52,869 nucleotides of DNA from Catajapyx aquilonaris (taxonomy: Eukaryota): contig JYFJ02002671.1 in NCBI GenBank assembly GCA_000934665.2, positions 1 to 52,869 on the forward strand, given 5' to 3'. Position 1 is the first letter of the stretch. Each line of letters opens with the position of its first letter. The notes under the pieces are model-generated. The model did no database searches. It was not told the DNA's origin and saw only the letters and a list, made by a program, of their open reading frames with translations. Of this stretch, positions 48,901-52,869 are shown piece by piece. Made by a program: the position numbers and the translations under genes.

Positions 48901-50254
48901 GATTTCTGCAATATTGATCTCGATGTAATATATTTTTGCAATCACACATTCATCCCTTTGAATCAGATGTTGTTGTTCTTTTTTTTTTCGAACTTTCAAA
49001 CCCTGCCGTCATCCACACTACATAATGGAAATTGATGTACTATTTTTCCCTTTTCAGGCAGTGCAAGAGAAAGGCGATGAAGTCTGTGTGGGGAAAGGAG
49101 TCCAGAAGAACAAGATCACTACACCTAATGATGGAAGCAAGCAATTTGATAGTCAAGTGTGCCAGAAGCCGCTCAGTACCAAAAAAACTTCGAAAATCCA
49201 CATGAGAATTCACTCAGAAAAGAACCCATTTACATGCAAGATGTGCCAGAAAAACTTTACCGATTCCTACTATTTGAAAATTCACATGCGGATTCATTCG
49301 GGAGAAAAACCATTTACATGTGAAGTGTGCCAGAAAAAGTTTATTAAGTCAGGAGATTTGACAACTCACATGCGAACTCATACAGGAGAAAAACCATTTA
49401 CTTGTGGGGTGTGCCAGAAAGATTTTTGTCAATCAAGTAATATGAAAAGACACATGTTTACTCATGCAGTAGATAAATCATCATTTACTTGTGAAGTGTG
49501 CCAGAAACAGTATACTGCAGCAGGTAGCTTGAAAGTTCACATGCGAATTCATACGGGAGATAAACCATTTACTTGTGAGGTGTGTCAGAAACCGTGTAGT
49601 ACATCTTATTCCTTGAAAGTTCACATGCAAATTCATTCAGGAGAAACACGATTTACATGTGAAGTGTGCCAGAAAATTTTTATTAATATATGCGATTTGA
49701 AAACTCACATGCGAACTCATACAGGAGAAAAACCATTTACTTGTGAGGTGTGCCAGAAAGATTTTTCACAATCAAGTAATTTGAAAAGACATATGTTTAC
49801 TCATGCAGTAGATAAGCCATCATTTACTTGTGAAGTGTGCCAGAAACAGTTTACTCAAGCAGGTAGCTTGAAAGTTCACATGCGAATTCATACCGGAGAT
49901 ACACCTTTTACTTGTGAGGTGTGTCAGAAACCGTGTATTACATCTTATTCCTTGAAAGTTCACATGCAAATTCATTCAGAAGATACACCATTTACATGTG
50001 AAGTGTGCCAGAAAATTTTTATTAATTCAGGCGATTTGAAAACTCACATGCGAACACATACAGGAGAAAAACCATTTACTTGTGAGGTGTGCCAGAAAGA
50101 TTTTTCACAATCAAGTAATTTGAAAAGACATATGTTTACTCATGCAGTAGATAAACCATCATTTACTTGTGAAGTGTGCCAGAAACAGTATACTGCATTA
50201 GGTAGCTTGAAAGTTCACATGCGAATTCATACAGGAGATAAACCATATATTTGA
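45662..50254 (+). CDS. C2H2 zinc-finger array protein ZF-5, ~487 aa
   Basis: Exons 45662-45928 and 49058-50254 (phase 0). Twelve complete fingers with TGEKP-type linkers plus one degenerate finger; a further frameshifted finger follows the stop. Confidence 0.85.
45967..46308. mobile_element. Palindromic MITE with TA TSD (Tc1/mariner/pogo-type CAGT termini)
   Basis: TA|CAGTGCTGGACA...TGTCCAGCACTG|TA with ~150-bp imperfect arms. The empty site CAGTA|TGGTCATG is present in the paralogous intron at ~52285-52297. Confidence 0.92.
47201..47248. mobile_element. 48-bp mini-MITE with 9-bp TSD (MULE-like)
   Basis: AGTACAACC direct repeats (47192-47200, 47249-47257) flank CAAAGAGTTCTGCTAT...ATAGCAGAACTTTTT. 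Confidence 0.7.
49313..50245 (+). repeat. 339-bp (4-finger) higher-order tandem repeat, ~2.75 copies
   Basis: TTTACATGTGAAGTGTGCCAGAAAA recurs at 49313, 49652 and 49991. Confidence 0.92.
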
Positions 50255-51987
50255 GGTGTGCCAGAAAAAGTTTTCTAAATCTTCTAACCTGAATGTTCAC
50301 ATGGGAATTCATAGCTAGGATAAAAACCATACCAATCATATGTGAATTCACAGCCAGGAGACCACTTAGCTGCAAATATTCCCAGAAGCCGAAAAATGTC
50401 AAAGTACAATAACAAAATGTTACCATCACAGTAGGTTTTCTTGAAAAAAGTATGGAGTACTAGGTGATAGGAAATAGTATTTCCTTAGCATACACACTGA
50501 ATTTATTATCTGCTTGCTTGTAATGATCTCCTTTGATGAGTACAAGGGAGACAGATTAGAAATATGCAATGCAGATGTTATGTTGCCCATAGTGTATACT
50601 AGCAGGTTACCTGGCATTGCCCGTGTATGTTTGGGTGCTAGTAAAGGTAGGGGTACATAATCATATCTTAGGAAGTTTGTTTGTAAAGTTTGTGTTCCAT
50701 CCATTCAAAACTCGATATGCCTTAAAACAGGCCTTATAAGTTACAATTAGCCAATGTTTGTCACTCTCTGCGATAGATTACCTCCTTCAGTTATAGCATA
50801 GTCGAAGCAGATATGCTGATTGGATGTGTAAAAAGACGGATGCGGATAGAGTTGGCCCAGGAAAATTCTGTGCAGCCATGTGTTATTTCCCTCCCAGAAT
50901 TTTTGACCCCTTGACCCCCCAAGCCCCTTTCACACCCCCACCTTTTTCCATATGTTTGCCCTGAAGAACTTTAGAAATGCACGCACAGATGTCTGGTGGG
51001 AAAGTTTGTTTTCAGCACTGTGAGTAGGAATTAATTACTCAATTTATAATTAACATGTAATTATTTGTGAAGATATTATTACAGTGAAAATGTTCAAATA
51101 GCTGGCTCCATTCATTGTTAAGGGAAAATCAAATTAAGGGGTCCATTAACCAATTGGCACCCCACACAGAAGACCAATAAATTGTAAGTTCTTATCAAAA
51201 CATGTGATTTTTTTTTTTGTTCTTTCCAATATATTTTGAAATTGTCACTATTATTTATTCTTTGAAACATGGACAACCCTAAAATGTTCATGCCTAATTT
51301 GAGTAAAGGGTCATGTGCTACTTTGGTCCATGTATTTGTCTGATAAAATACCTCGATGTCAAAATGTTCCTCTGCTGTCTCATTTACTGTCAGTCAAGGA
51401 AAGTAGGATCATGCGCGTCAGCTCTATTTTGCGCCATGAACTGAATGGTGGATAGAGCTATTAGCGAATAGCAGCATCGCCGGTAGCGGCGACTGGTTAA
51501 GCAAGAATAGCGCTTAATCTCGTCCTTCTCTGTGGGTGGCGATGGGAATGCACCCCAAGTAAAAAAAAAAATTGAAAGAGGAAATTCCAAGATGGCCGAC
51601 GGCTATTCTCAATTCGATTGTCTCTCGTGAAGACTGGAGGACTCTCCAGCGAATTGAACGGATCTCATTCACTGGATTTGGTTCAGTCGCCTGGAGAATC
51701 ACCCTTCAACCAGGTACAATACGTACATTTGACATGAATATCCCCCCCTCGCTACAATTTTCCTTCTTTGCCCATTTTGTCTTCTCTTTGTTTCCTTATT
51801 TTTATTCCATTTTCCCGGCCTTCCCCACAACCCTTGAAAACATACTGGCGACACAGGGGTTGCGAACAAGGTGAACATTTTGTCCTTCGAGTCGTACCAT
51901 TTGTTATTGTTCATCTGCAGCTGGCATGATTGGGCTGCTGCTGCTTCACGTGATGATTACCTGACCTGCAGTTTTATTTGCAGGATA

Positions 51988-52251
51988 ATGTCACTGGGAG
52001 TGAGGCTAAAGAAGGAGGAAGTGAAGGTGGAAGAAGATGAGGACATCACAGTGGACGAGGAGAGTTGGAGGCTGCGGTTGAAGGAGGAGATCCCTTCTTG
52101 CTTTGATGATGGTGCTGCGCTCATAGAAGACACTCTCCTTGAGATCAAGAAGGAGGAAGCGGAGGAGGAAGAAGAGATGGTGGTGGACATTTCAGGGGAG
52201 GTTGGAGAGGAAGATGACCCTTTGGAAGTTGGTTCTGGAACAATCAGTGGA
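51988..52251 (+). CDS. Exon 1 of a further ZF-family paralogue ZF-6 (partial)
   Basis: MSLGVRLKKEEVKVEEDEDITVDEESWRLRLKEE...DDPLEVGSGTISG followed by a GTATGT donor. The downstream exon is not in the window. Confidence 0.8.
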
Positions 52252-52356
52252 GTATGTAATATGCTGAAAATGCGATGTTATTCACAGTATGGTCATGGTC
52301 AGATTATATTTCATAAACAGTGTACTCTACTTTCATGAATGTCCATGTCTGAATTG

Positions 52357-52549
52357 GTCAACCAGGACATTGTTGAATTCCTGAACAATCACCTGACGCA
52401 AATGTTGTTCACTGTCAATGGGGTTAGCGTACACCTTATCCTTCAGGTAACCCCAAAGGATAAGGTGTATGCTAACCCCATTGACAGACGACAGTGAACA
52501 ACATTTGCGTCAGGTGATTGTTCAGTAATTCAACAATGTCCCGGTTGAC
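52357..52549. mobile_element. ~190-bp palindromic MITE-like hairpin
   Basis: GTCAACCAGGACATTGTTGAATT...GGGGTTAGCGTACACCTTATCCTT / AAGGATAAGGTGTATGCTAACCCC...AATTCAACAATGTCCCGGTTGAC. Begins where similarity to the paralogous intron (~46375) stops. Confidence 0.75.
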
Positions 52550-52869
52550 ATGTGCAGGAAGGCGTGTGAAAATGTTGCTTCGCGTCTGCAAGCCTGTGTT
52601 GACTCAGAAGGTGCCCAGGTCGACCACTACCTTGAAAATCAATGACTTTTGTGTGGGCTATTCGCTTTTTGTACCCTTTTCAATTTTATTAACATTCATC
52701 AATAAAAATAACATGTAATCAAAAACTGCCTAATTGAGTCTGGCCATGTTTTCTCTCCTGCGCATGCGCATAGCATTGAGCTCCTTCATGGCATATGACA
52801 GAGTCAGCTATCGACAACAAAGGGCACTTCGCCCTGTACCTTTGGATGAATTGGTTATTGATTAATTAA

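Overview
Eukaryotic, arthropod genomic DNA (spliceosomal GT-AG introns, often ~60 bp; gustatory and ionotropic receptor genes). The species cannot be determined from the sequence. Left to right: (1) a 5'-truncated Ty3/Gypsy relic with RT/RNase H deleted in frame; (2) a minus-strand cluster of five intact 3-exon gustatory receptor (GR) genes plus one GR stump, partly from tandem duplication and interrupted by a 5.9-kb Ty3/Gypsy element with apparently identical 295-bp LTRs, a TATG TSD and a tRNA-Leu PBS; (3) two intronless divergent ionotropic receptors (IRs); (4) three C2H2 zinc-finger genes; (5) a compact SPAG17/PF6-like gene; (6) three further ZF-family paralogues. The main finding is the first of these last three (36993-44264). 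It keeps the family promoter, the acidic exon 1 and one zinc finger, but its finger array is replaced by a pogo-family (psq-HTH/CENP-B-HTH/DD35D) transposase that splices in frame across five exons, giving a candidate 673-aa host-transposase fusion. Its third intron holds an intact Sola-like transposon, itself carrying a mariner-derived foldback, whose exons are also in phase for a second fusion isoform. Several palindromic MITEs are scattered through the window. All exon models and family assignments were made by eye, without database searches.
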